The position numbers were made by a program, and so were the translations under genes. Below the pieces are notes generated by a model. The model ran no database searches. It was not told the DNA's origin and saw nothing but the letters and a program-made list of their open reading frames with translations. Of a stretch of DNA of 64,000 bases, positions 18,267 through 27,095 are shown piece after piece (position 1 is the stretch's first letter; each line of letters starts with the position of its first letter). Source of the DNA: Leptolyngbyaceae cyanobacterium (GTDB lineage: Bacteria; Cyanobacteriota; Cyanobacteriia; Phormidesmidales; Phormidesmidaceae); contig CBDHHL010000056.1 of the NCBI GenBank assembly GCA_965263355.1, positions 1,504,001 to 1,568,000 on the forward strand. Direction: 5' to 3'.

Positions 18267-20216
18267 ATGGTGGCTACACAACTCAAATCTCGCCAAGTTT
18301 TGGGGCTGAATCAACGTCGATATCAGGGACTCAAAACCGCACTCCAACTCAACCTCAGACGGCAGCTTTTGATTGCTGTCTGCGATAGTGAAACGCTGCA
18401 AACACAACTGGTTGCGAGGCTACAAGGGGATTTGGCAGTTGCGGATATTACCTCAGACGATTTTGGTTCGGTATCACTGGCGCAGCTAACGTTTGATCCT
18501 CATCAGCCTGATTTGATGTTGCAGCTAGTCCAGTGGCTTAAGCAAGCGCCCAAGCCCACACCCCATTTACAAGTGGTGGGTTTAGACGCGATGACCCATC
18601 AGTCAATGCGATCGCAAAATCATTTTCTGCGTTCCCTCGAAAGCATTCAGTCCTTGCTGCCCCATCTCGATAGTAGTTTGGTTTTGTGGCTACCATGGCC
18701 CTGGTATCGTACATTGCAACAATCGGCTCCTGAATTTTGGAGCTGGCGGAGTGGTGTTTTCACCTTTGTGGGTGAGCCTGTCCCCATGGTTGCAGATACG
18801 GCAGTTAAACGTCCAACCGAGGATGGCCTTTATGGGGGGGATGCTGCTAATGCTCAGAATGCTGATATCTGGCAAATTCTGAGTGAGGACCTGGCTCAGC
18901 TAGAGAAAGCCCCTAATCCAGCTGATGAGGTTGTCGCCCAAACTGAGCGATACCAGCAGACAACAGCTCAACCCCAGTCTTTACCGCAATCTTTGACTGT
19001 GGATGTGACTACCTTAGAAAAGCCTCTAGAAACCTTAGCTCAGCTTGAAGAACAGGGAGCTACACCGGAGGAGATCATCCAGGCTTATCGGGCGTTGGGT
19101 AACTATTATCGCGATCGCATTGAAGCGGGGGAAATGACCCCCATCTTATTGGCCACCGCCATTGAAACCTTTAATCGCTATCTACACTGGTTGCCCCAGG
19201 ATGATGACCAGCGAGCGGCCGGTTTAAATGATTTAGGTACCTTGCATTGGCTTCAGGCCCAGTACCAAAGTGAGCGTACGGCCCTGCTGGAGGGAATGCA
19301 CCGGAGTACTGAAATATATAAAGAAGGTCTCCGATGTACCGCCATTGATACTGATACCGCTAGCCGTTTATACGGTAATTTGGGAGCCGTATACAGTGCT
19401 TTAGCAAATTACGACGACTCAGCCACCTATCTCAAAGAAGCGGTCACAGCCTATCGTCAAGCCTTACCATTTTGCTCAGCAACAATCAGTCCTGAGGAAT
19501 ACGGTACATTGCAAAACAGCCTGGGCTCAGTGTACTGGAAACTAGCCTATTATGAGCAGCCCAAACCCCACTTACATCAGGCGATTGCTGCCTATAATGA
19601 GGCCTTGCGCTGTCATCATCCAGAAACGTCTCCATTAGAATATGCAGCGGTACAAAATAATCTAGGCATTGCCTATTGGAGCCTGTCACACCAGGAGCGG
19701 CCTATCTTTTTGCTGAAACATGCCATTGCGGCCTATCGCGATGCTCTAAATTATCGTACGCCTACCACCGATGCCTGTGCCTGTGCCAGTACTTACAACA
19801 ATTTAGGGACAGCCTTTTGGGAGTTAGCAAACCATCCCGATGCTCCTGCCGATCCGACCGGTCGATATAAACAAAATGCAATTATTGCCTATGAGGCTGC
19901 CCTCAAAGCGTCTGAGCTAGCACCATCCACTTTAGACCTGGCTTCGATTCGTCATTGTTTAGGTAGTATTTATGACAAACTGGCTCGGGCGACGGATAAC
20001 AAGGACGTGATTATCGGCAATCTGGAGCGAGCACTCGTCCATTACATCGCAGCGCTTAAACAGACTCCTCAAACAGCGGCGATCTATGAGCCTATTTTTA
20101 AGTCTCTAGTGCAAAATGTATCGGCCCATTACGAGCTATTAGGATTAGAAGGGCAACAAACAGCCCTCAATCGCATACCGGCTGAGCTTTTACCCGATGT
20201 CATGTTGAAGGTATAG
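18267..20216 (+). CDS. TPR-repeat protein with an N-terminal degenerate ATPase-like domain
   Basis: Repeated NNLG.AY...AIAAY..AL TPR units; N-terminal SLVLWLP...APEFWSWRSGVFTF. Confidence 0.85.
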   Translation: MVATQLKSRQVLGLNQRRYQGLKTALQLNLRRQLLIAVCDSETLQTQLVARLQGDLAVADITSDDFGSVSLAQLTFDPHQPDLMLQLVQWLKQAPKPTPHLQVVGLDAMTHQSMRSQNHFLRSLESIQSLLPHLDSSLVLWLPWPWYRTLQQSAPEFWSWRSGVFTFVGEPVPMVADTAVKRPTEDGLYGGDAANAQNADIWQILSEDLAQLEKAPNPADEVVAQTERYQQTTAQPQSLPQSLTVDVTTLEKPLETLAQLEEQGATPEEIIQAYRALGNYYRDRIEAGEMTPILLATAIETFNRYLHWLPQDDDQRAAGLNDLGTLHWLQAQYQSERTALLEGMHRSTEIYKEGLRCTAIDTDTASRLYGNLGAVYSALANYDDSATYLKEAVTAYRQALPFCSATISPEEYGTLQNSLGSVYWKLAYYEQPKPHLHQAIAAYNEALRCHHPETSPLEYAAVQNNLGIAYWSLSHQERPIFLLKHAIAAYRDALNYRTPTTDACACASTYNNLGTAFWELANHPDAPADPTGRYKQNAIIAYEAALKASELAPSTLDLASIRHCLGSIYDKLARATDNKDVIIGNLERALVHYIAALKQTPQTAAIYEPIFKSLVQNVSAHYELLGLEGQQTALNRIPAELLPDVMLKV

Positions 20217-20239
20217 GACAATAGATAACGGGACGCCCT

Positions 20240-20266
20240 GTAGGGGTGTTGCATACCAACCCCTAC
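20240..20266. repeat. GTAG-type REP-like palindrome (family 1) between convergent genes
   Basis: GTAGGGGTGTTGCATACCAACCCCTAC. Confidence 0.7.
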
Positions 20267-20289
20267 AAGAGGATTGGGCAGTTCAAGGT

Positions 20290-20676
20290 TTAATTTTTGG
20301 TGCCGACCAATTCTGGTACATTTTTGGCCAATATAGTCTTTAGCTCCAGGCTGAGGTCGTTATCGCTACGATGGGCCTCCCACGGGCCGCTATGTTTTGA
20401 ATTAATTCGCCACTGACCATTGATATGGTTTCCATCTTCGGACACAGTGCCTGTGTACTGAATGGTATGACGAGGATGATCAAAATACTTTTTAGTGAAG
20501 CTAACGTTTCGTCCAGTGACTTGCCCTTGCACCTGTGCTTCGCCCAAAGGACCATCATCGACAATGCGGCCACTTAGACTATTGCGCGCTTGTACAAAGG
20601 TGGCTTCAAAACGAGTAGAGTCATTGGCTTGCCAGTATGAGCCTAGCCATGGACCAGTTAATTCAGCCATCGCCAT
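20290..20676 (-). CDS. Hypothetical beta-rich protein
   Basis: GAGGA RBS before ATG 20676; L.G.WLG.YWQ, VSFTKKY, YTGTVSEDGN.I.GQW pattern. Confidence 0.8.
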   Translation of the reverse strand: MAMAELTGPWLGSYWQANDSTRFEATFVQARNSLSGRIVDDGPLGEAQVQGQVTGRNVSFTKKYFDHPRHTIQYTGTVSEDGNHINGQWRINSKHSGPWEAHRSDNDLSLELKTILAKNVPELVGTKN

Positions 20677-20847
20677 ATGTCCTCGTGAACGAAACTTATA
20701 TTGATTTTGCGCCAACTCGCTTGATTTGGCAGGGGCGATAATGATGGCATCTGGTGTCTGAAAATTGAAGAAATTCTCAATTTTGACTCATAAGCAAGGA
20801 TGTTCAGGTTCACTAAGCTTGGTTACCCTTGCTATCTGATTGCTGTT

Positions 20848-21696
20848 ATGGCGCTATTTCTTATTTTTGCTCTGGTGATTGCGTTTTTTGCGATCGCATT
20901 CGCCCTCCAAAACGATCAGCTGATTACCATCAACTTTTTTATTTGGCAACTAGAACAGCAGCATCTGGCCACGGTATTGCTGCTCACATCAGGTTTAGGT
21001 GTGCTGTTTGGTTTGCTAGTTACTATACCGGCCTTTCTCAAACGAGAATGGCGCATTTCCCGTAGCAAACGGCAAGCTCATAGCTTGGAAGACCAACTGC
21101 TAACCAAGCAACAAGAAGTGGACAGCCAAACCCGCAAAGCGGACACGATTCGCAACAGCTATCAAAACTTGCTTCAGTCCCTGGACCTGCTGGATCACAC
21201 TACAGGGTTGGTCAGCGATGCCGTGATTCCCCGGACCACCCGAGCCCTGCTTCAACAGATAAAAATGCATCCTGAAGAATTCCAGGCTGTAGGACTCCTG
21301 ATCATTCAACCCCAGTGGCAACAGTCTGACCCTGGTGATCTCAAAAAAGAACAAGCTCTATGGTCTGCTGTTTCCCAGGTATTACAGCAAAACCTAACCG
21401 TTGATTCCTGGTTATTTAGCAACAACCAGGGCCAGTTTACCTGTAGCCTCACAGGGTTAGATGTCAAAGCAGTCACACAATACGCAGAAACGATCAAATC
21501 ATCCCTGACCAACGAACCCATTAGTCTTCAAAACGGTCCCCGTATAGCTTTGGATGTACATATTGGTGGCGTTGTGACTGACACCGAGCATCCCACTGAA
21601 AGCGAACAGTTGCTAATCAAAAAAGCTGAAGAGGCCCTGGCTACTGCCGTAAAACGAGGTCGTAATCGAATAAGGGTGATGTGGGTGACGGACTAA
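20848..21696 (+). CDS. LapA (DUF1049)-like membrane domain, coiled coil and degenerate GGDEF-like domain
   Basis: FALQN...ITINFFIW; D..TGL, V.IGG, LIKKAEEALATAVKRGRNRI; GGDEF position reads NQGQF. Confidence 0.75.
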   Translation: MALFLIFALVIAFFAIAFALQNDQLITINFFIWQLEQQHLATVLLLTSGLGVLFGLLVTIPAFLKREWRISRSKRQAHSLEDQLLTKQQEVDSQTRKADTIRNSYQNLLQSLDLLDHTTGLVSDAVIPRTTRALLQQIKMHPEEFQAVGLLIIQPQWQQSDPGDLKKEQALWSAVSQVLQQNLTVDSWLFSNNQGQFTCSLTGLDVKAVTQYAETIKSSLTNEPISLQNGPRIALDVHIGGVVTDTEHPTESEQLLIKKAEEALATAVKRGRNRIRVMWVTD

Positions 21697-21931
21697 ATGT
21701 CATCGTTAGGTCATAAAATCTAAATTTATTTAAAGAATATTTTAAATTTTTTGCGCCTTTAAAATATTCACAATCCCTTGTTTTAGAGGCTTATGAGTAT
21801 TTTTACTCAATGATCGATTTGATGAGCTAAGCGTATTCCTTGACACAGAATCTTGAGCCCAGGGCCGTTGGTGCCTAAGATAAAACTAACGCCTGAGTTT
21901 AAGAAAGTCTAAAGAAGCAGGAGATACGTCC

Positions 21932-22885
21932 ATGGCAGAGCGCCCAATTATCCTTGGTATTGTTGGAGACAGTGCCGCTGGTAAGACCACCTTAACCCGC
22001 GGAATCGCCCAGGTACTCGGTGAGCATGATGTGACGACCATCTGCACCGATGACTACCATCGTTACGACCGTAAGCAGCGCAAAGAAATGGGTATATCCG
22101 CACTGCACCCCGATTGCAACTACGTTGACATTATTGAGCAACATCTGGAGCTATTGCGTCAGGGTGAGCCTATCCTGAAGCCCATTTACAACCACACCAC
22201 TGGTGAGTTTGATCCGCCAGAGTACATCGAGCCTAAGAAATTTGTTGTCGTTGAAGGTCTGCTAGGCTACTCCAGTCAACGGGCCCGCGATGCTTACGAC
22301 GTCAAGGTTTACTTGGCCCCCCCGGAGGATCTTCGTACCAAGTGGAAGATCAAGCGTGATACCCGCAAGCGTGGCTATACCGATGATCAGGTGATCGCCG
22401 CGCTTGCTGCCCGTGAGCCCGACTCCGAAGCCTTTATCCGTCCCCAGCGTAAGTGGGCTGATGTCGTCGTTACCTTCTATCCGCCTGACGCTCCCGAAGA
22501 GCAGGCTAACGATCTGCTCCTCAATGTAAATCTGGTTTTACGTCCTACTATCCCTCACCCTGATTTCACTGACATTTTAGACAGCGACCTGGGTAAAGCG
22601 ATCCGTCTAGGTCTTGAGCGTGATATGGGTAAACCCGTAGATGTTCTATCTATTGATGGTCATGCTACTCCTGAGCAGGTGCAACAACTTGAGCGTATCT
22701 TATGCAGTGACGTTCCTTATCTAGGGCAGTTTTGCAGTCTAGAGGGCAACCAGGAAGTCGGTAAGATTGTTGGCACCACTGGTGAAACTCTGCAGAGCTA
22801 TCCCCTAGCCATAACTCAGTTGCTGATCACATACCACATGCTGATGGCCATGGGGTCTGCTGGTAAGATGAAAGTAGCTGCTTAG
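21932..22885 (+). CDS. prk: Phosphoribulokinase/uridine kinase family protein (non-canonical PRK paralog)
   Basis: GDSAAGKTT, CTDDYHRYDRKQR, KPIYNHTTG, KIKRDT.KRG. Confidence 0.85.
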   Translation: MAERPIILGIVGDSAAGKTTLTRGIAQVLGEHDVTTICTDDYHRYDRKQRKEMGISALHPDCNYVDIIEQHLELLRQGEPILKPIYNHTTGEFDPPEYIEPKKFVVVEGLLGYSSQRARDAYDVKVYLAPPEDLRTKWKIKRDTRKRGYTDDQVIAALAAREPDSEAFIRPQRKWADVVVTFYPPDAPEEQANDLLLNVNLVLRPTIPHPDFTDILDSDLGKAIRLGLERDMGKPVDVLSIDGHATPEQVQQLERILCSDVPYLGQFCSLEGNQEVGKIVGTTGETLQSYPLAITQLLITYHMLMAMGSAGKMKVAA

Positions 22886-22932
22886 GGCAATCGATCGCTA
22901 CAATCTTATTTACTTTAACTGGAAGATAGTTA

Positions 22933-22975
22933 AATTAGTGCTCTCTGGATTTTTCTCTGGAGAGCACTGATTTTT
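22933..22975 (+). terminator. Intrinsic terminator after prk
   Basis: AATTAGTGCTCTC...GAGAGCACTGATTTTT. Confidence 0.75.
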
Positions 22976-23058
22976 GTCGTAAATTTGCAGGCTTACAGAC
23001 AGACTTACAGATATTGGTGAAAGCGATATACTGCTTGGCATCTCCCAATAGCTGGACT

Positions 23059-24345
23059 ATGTTTGGTTTTTCTAAACTAGCGCCGATCCATACATTTCAG
23101 ACCTATGACCAGTGGCGTCATCGGTTTATGCAGCGGCGACTACGGTTAGGTATATTGTTTGGTCTTTTGTATTTTGTTACCTTTTTGCCACTAGACACCC
23201 TCAAGTATGTTGCAAATCGCAATCCATTTGATTTGTGGTGGATTATTACTAATCTGGTGCGCATAGCAACTTTGGTATTCTGTCTGAGGTTAATTCGGCA
23301 GCAAGTTTATCGGCCTCGGCGAATTATGGGTGTGTTTTTACTAGCGTCGTGGTCCATCAGTTTGTTACATAGATTTCATGAGACCTATGTGGGGCTGACG
23401 AGTAACACCCCAATTGCAGAACCCGATTTATTTAGTTGGGCGCTGTCGTTTATTACTCAGGCCACATTGATTCCGGTGGGGTGGTCATTGCATTTAATTT
23501 CCCAACTGGGGGTAATTGTTTATTACTTTGTGGTGAATCCATTGTTGGGACTACAGGTAGTTACACCTGGGTTACCTGCAGCCAGTCTATTGCTAAACAC
23601 ATTTTGGATTTGCTGTATTTGTAATTGTTCGGTTTATTTCTACGAGAAACTGTCGCGGGAGAACTTTGAGGCTAATCAACAACTGTTGGAAGCTCAAGAA
23701 AAGTCAGAACGGCTGTTGCTCAACATTTTGCCCCGTCCCATTGCGGAACAGTTAAAGCAAAATCCTGATATTATTGCCGAGAATTTTGCAGAAGTAACAG
23801 TGTTGTTTGCTGATATTGTTAACTTTACCCAGATGACAGAGTCTCAGTCGGCGACTCATGTTGTTGATTTTCTAAATCAGGTATTCTCTCGATTTGATCG
23901 ACTAGCGGAAAACTATGGGTTAGAGAAAATCAAAACCATTGGTGATGCCTATATGGTAGCGGCGGGGTTGCCGCAGCCCCAGGAAAACCATGTGGCAGCG
24001 GTGGCAGCAATGGCTGTGGATATGCAGAAAACCCTGGCAGAGTTTAATGTCCAGACAGGCCAGGATATTTCTCTACGAATTGGGATTCATACGGGTCCGG
24101 TGGTAGCTGGAGTCATTGGGTTGAAAAAGTTTGCCTATGACCTCTGGGGGGATACAGTGAATACGGCCAGTCGCATGGAGTCCCATGGGGTACCCAATGG
24201 AATTCAAATTAGTGAGGCGACCTATGAGCGTTTAAAGGCCAGTGGCGAGCACTATGAGTTTCGATCGCGAGGGCCAATTGTAATTAAGGGAAAAGGGGCG
24301 ATGGTGACCTATTTGATGGCACCCTGCGGGGTGGATGCAGAATAA
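23059..24345 (+). CDS. Membrane-bound class III adenylate cyclase
   Basis: About 6 TM segments; VLFADIVNFT, KIKTIGDAYM, AYDLWGDTVNTASRME (Lys/Asp adenine-specifying pair). Confidence 0.9.
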   Translation: MFGFSKLAPIHTFQTYDQWRHRFMQRRLRLGILFGLLYFVTFLPLDTLKYVANRNPFDLWWIITNLVRIATLVFCLRLIRQQVYRPRRIMGVFLLASWSISLLHRFHETYVGLTSNTPIAEPDLFSWALSFITQATLIPVGWSLHLISQLGVIVYYFVVNPLLGLQVVTPGLPAASLLLNTFWICCICNCSVYFYEKLSRENFEANQQLLEAQEKSERLLLNILPRPIAEQLKQNPDIIAENFAEVTVLFADIVNFTQMTESQSATHVVDFLNQVFSRFDRLAENYGLEKIKTIGDAYMVAAGLPQPQENHVAAVAAMAVDMQKTLAEFNVQTGQDISLRIGIHTGPVVAGVIGLKKFAYDLWGDTVNTASRMESHGVPNGIQISEATYERLKASGEHYEFRSRGPIVIKGKGAMVTYLMAPCGVDAE

Positions 24346-24435
24346 ATTGATCGCAATCTTAGAGTTTAGCCGCCAATTCGCCTCCGACTATAATTCGTAA
24401 TAATTAGGGTCTGTTATGAATCGGATTTCTAGATT

Positions 24436-26049
24436 ATGGCACCGTTGTTGACGGATCGTTTTTTTAATACGGCTGGCCCCGTGCGGGCCGACTGGCACTA
24501 TTTGATCGATCCGTTGACCCGCTGGGATATGGATGAGATTCTGCAGCTGATTGCCCAGGGGAAATATTTTGTTCTGCATGCACCTCGGCAAACGGGAAAA
24601 ACCTCTTGTTTGCTGGCCCTGATGGAGTATCTCAATGCTGAGGGTCGCTATCAGACTGTCTATGCCAATATCGAGACGGCCCAGACGGCCAGGAATGATG
24701 TGTTTCGTGGTATGGACACCATTGTTCACACCCTCGCATCGGCAGCTCAGCTCTATCAGCAAGATCGTCGATTATACGAGTGGCGGCAGGGGTTACTGCG
24801 GCAGTCAGTACCCGCTGATGATTTACTGCGGAGCCTGTTATCTCAGTGGACAACCCAAACAGACCAACCGATTGTTCTCTTTTTAGATGAAGTCGATGCC
24901 TTAGTAGGAGACACGCTGGTTTCACTATTGCGTCAGTTGCGCTCAGGCTACAACCAGCGACCTCATGCGTTTCCGCTGTCAATTATTCTCTGTGGGGTGC
25001 GAGATGTTAGAGACTATCGCATTCAGACTTCAGGCCAGGACATTATTACTGGCGGCAGTGCGTTTAATGTTAAGGCAGAGTCTCTACGATTAGGGCATTT
25101 TATTGAATCCGAGTTACAAGCATTGCTGCACCAGCATACGGACCTGACAGGGCAGAAATTTACACCAGAAGCACTGGCCTATATCTGGCAGCAGACCCAG
25201 GGACAACCCTGGTTGGTGAATGCCCTGGCCTATCAGGTGTGCTTTAAGTTAAAGGAAGGGCGCGATCGCACCCAGCCCATTACCCTGGAACGCATGAAAA
25301 CCGCCCGAGAAAGCCTGATTCAACGACGCGATACCCACCTGGACCAGCTTACCGACAAGCTAAAAGAGCCCCGCGTTCATCGAGTCATTGCTCAGATACT
25401 GGCGGGGGAAGTCCAAGTGGATGAGTTTTCCATAGACGATGCCCAATATATTGAAGATTTAGGGCTAATTTGTCGTCATCCTACCTGGCAGATCGCTAAT
25501 CCTATTTACCAGGAAGTGATTCCTCGGGCGCTAACCTGGACTAGCCAATACACCATTCAACAGGAGCCCGATTGGTATATCCAAGCCGACAAACGGTTAG
25601 ATATGTCCAAACTGTTGCGAGCCTTTCAACAGTTCTTTCGCGAAAATAGTGACGCCTGGATTGAACGGTTTGACTATAAGGAAGCAGGTCCTCAACTGTT
25701 GTTACAGGCATTTTTACAACGAATCCTCAACGGTGGGGGCAGACTCACACGAGAATATGGTCTGGGACGTAAACGTACCGATTTGTTAATTGAGTGGCCA
25801 TTGAACCAGGCGCAAGAGTTTCTGGGGTCAGTACAGCGTATTGTGCTGGAGCTAAAGATTTTGCATCGATCCCTAGAGGCTACATTGGCCAGTGGTTTAC
25901 CTCAAACTGTTGACTATGCAGATATGTCTGGAGCAGAAGAAGCTCATTTAATCTGTTTTAATCGAGATCCTCAGGTGAGCTGGGACGATAAAATTTTTGA
26001 ACAGCTCGAATCCTATCAAGGACGAACCATCTATATTTGGGGGATGTGA
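24436..26049 (+). CDS. AAA-like ATPase with C-terminal PD-(D/E)XK nuclease-like domain
   Basis: FNTAGP, APRQTGKTS, LFLDEVD; C-terminal REY..G..RTDL, VLELK, QTVDY. Confidence 0.85.
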   Translation: MAPLLTDRFFNTAGPVRADWHYLIDPLTRWDMDEILQLIAQGKYFVLHAPRQTGKTSCLLALMEYLNAEGRYQTVYANIETAQTARNDVFRGMDTIVHTLASAAQLYQQDRRLYEWRQGLLRQSVPADDLLRSLLSQWTTQTDQPIVLFLDEVDALVGDTLVSLLRQLRSGYNQRPHAFPLSIILCGVRDVRDYRIQTSGQDIITGGSAFNVKAESLRLGHFIESELQALLHQHTDLTGQKFTPEALAYIWQQTQGQPWLVNALAYQVCFKLKEGRDRTQPITLERMKTARESLIQRRDTHLDQLTDKLKEPRVHRVIAQILAGEVQVDEFSIDDAQYIEDLGLICRHPTWQIANPIYQEVIPRALTWTSQYTIQQEPDWYIQADKRLDMSKLLRAFQQFFRENSDAWIERFDYKEAGPQLLLQAFLQRILNGGGRLTREYGLGRKRTDLLIEWPLNQAQEFLGSVQRIVLELKILHRSLEATLASGLPQTVDYADMSGAEEAHLICFNRDPQVSWDDKIFEQLESYQGRTIYIWGM

Positions 26050-26130
26050 TAACACATTATTCTATTTGCTAAACTTTAAGTGCTATTCGCGACTACTGCG
26101 ATATCTCATTGTTTCTACTGGTATTGACCT

Positions 26131-26910
26131 ATGGGCGCTACGATTGGATTTTTGATGCTTGCCCTAAGCATTCTGGTTTCAACGGGCGTAAAAATTGACC
26201 GTGAATATCAGCGAGGCGTGATCTTTCGGTTGGGTCGCCTGAAACAGACTAAAGGACCTGGCCTTTATTGGATTATTCCCCTCTTAGATCAAAAGGTGCG
26301 GGTTGATGTCCGCACTAAGACCGTTGATATTATGTCCCAGGAGACCGTGACAGCGGATAGTGTCACGATCAAGGTAAATGCTGTTCTTTACTATCGCATT
26401 CTTGAACCGAAAAAAGCGATCAACCAGGTAGAAGACTATAAGGTTGCCGTGTATCAAACGGCCCTGACCACCCTCCGCAACGTCGTAGGCCAAAACAAAT
26501 TGGACGATGTTTTGCAAAATCGGGATAAGGTCAACTTTCGAGTCCAGGAAATCGTGGATGAGATTACTGAGCCCTGGGGCATTGTAGTAGAGCGAGTTGA
26601 AATGAAGGATGTAGAGATTCCCGTCAGTATGCAACGGGCCATGGCCAAGGAGGCGGAAGCCTTGCGTGAAAAACGAGCCCGCCTGATCAAAGCCTCGGCT
26701 GAGCAAGAAGCTTCGATTAAATTAGCGGAAGCCTCTAAAGAAATTTTAGAAAATCCAGCTGCCTTGGAACTGAGACGTTTACAAATGCTAACTGAAGTGG
26801 GCGCTGAAAATAATACGACCACCATTATGATGATGCCCTCAGACTTTATGCTGCTTGCCAAAAACTGGTCACAGGCAATTCAACGGGCTGATCAAAATAA
26901 GATTGACTGA
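26131..26910 (+). CDS. SPFH/stomatin (slipin) family protein
   Basis: EYQRGVIFRLGR, TTLRNVVG, VERVEMKDV, QRAMAKEAEA. Confidence 0.93.
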   Translation: MGATIGFLMLALSILVSTGVKIDREYQRGVIFRLGRLKQTKGPGLYWIIPLLDQKVRVDVRTKTVDIMSQETVTADSVTIKVNAVLYYRILEPKKAINQVEDYKVAVYQTALTTLRNVVGQNKLDDVLQNRDKVNFRVQEIVDEITEPWGIVVERVEMKDVEIPVSMQRAMAKEAEALREKRARLIKASAEQEASIKLAEASKEILENPAALELRRLQMLTEVGAENNTTTIMMMPSDFMLLAKNWSQAIQRADQNKID

Positions 26911-26913
26911 CTG

Positions 26914-26987
26914 CAAAACACGTCCAAGTTGAAACTTAGTAGTTTCCTCTAAGTCAAAACGACTGTTCTAGACGTAGACAAGGTTTA
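26914..26987 (+). mobile_element. 73-bp MITE-like element, copy C
   Basis: cAAAaCAcGTCCAAGTTGAAACttaGTAGtTTCcTCTA...GTTCTaGACGTaGACAAGGTTTA; starts 4 bp after the SPFH stop. Confidence 0.75.
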
Positions 26988-27095
26988 AATAAACTTATGC
27001 GATCGCAAATTTATTTTTTAGCCATTGCAGCATAATTTGTCTCTGGCTCTAATCTGTAACAATTAGGTTCGTTATGGATTGCGAAGGAACTAATC

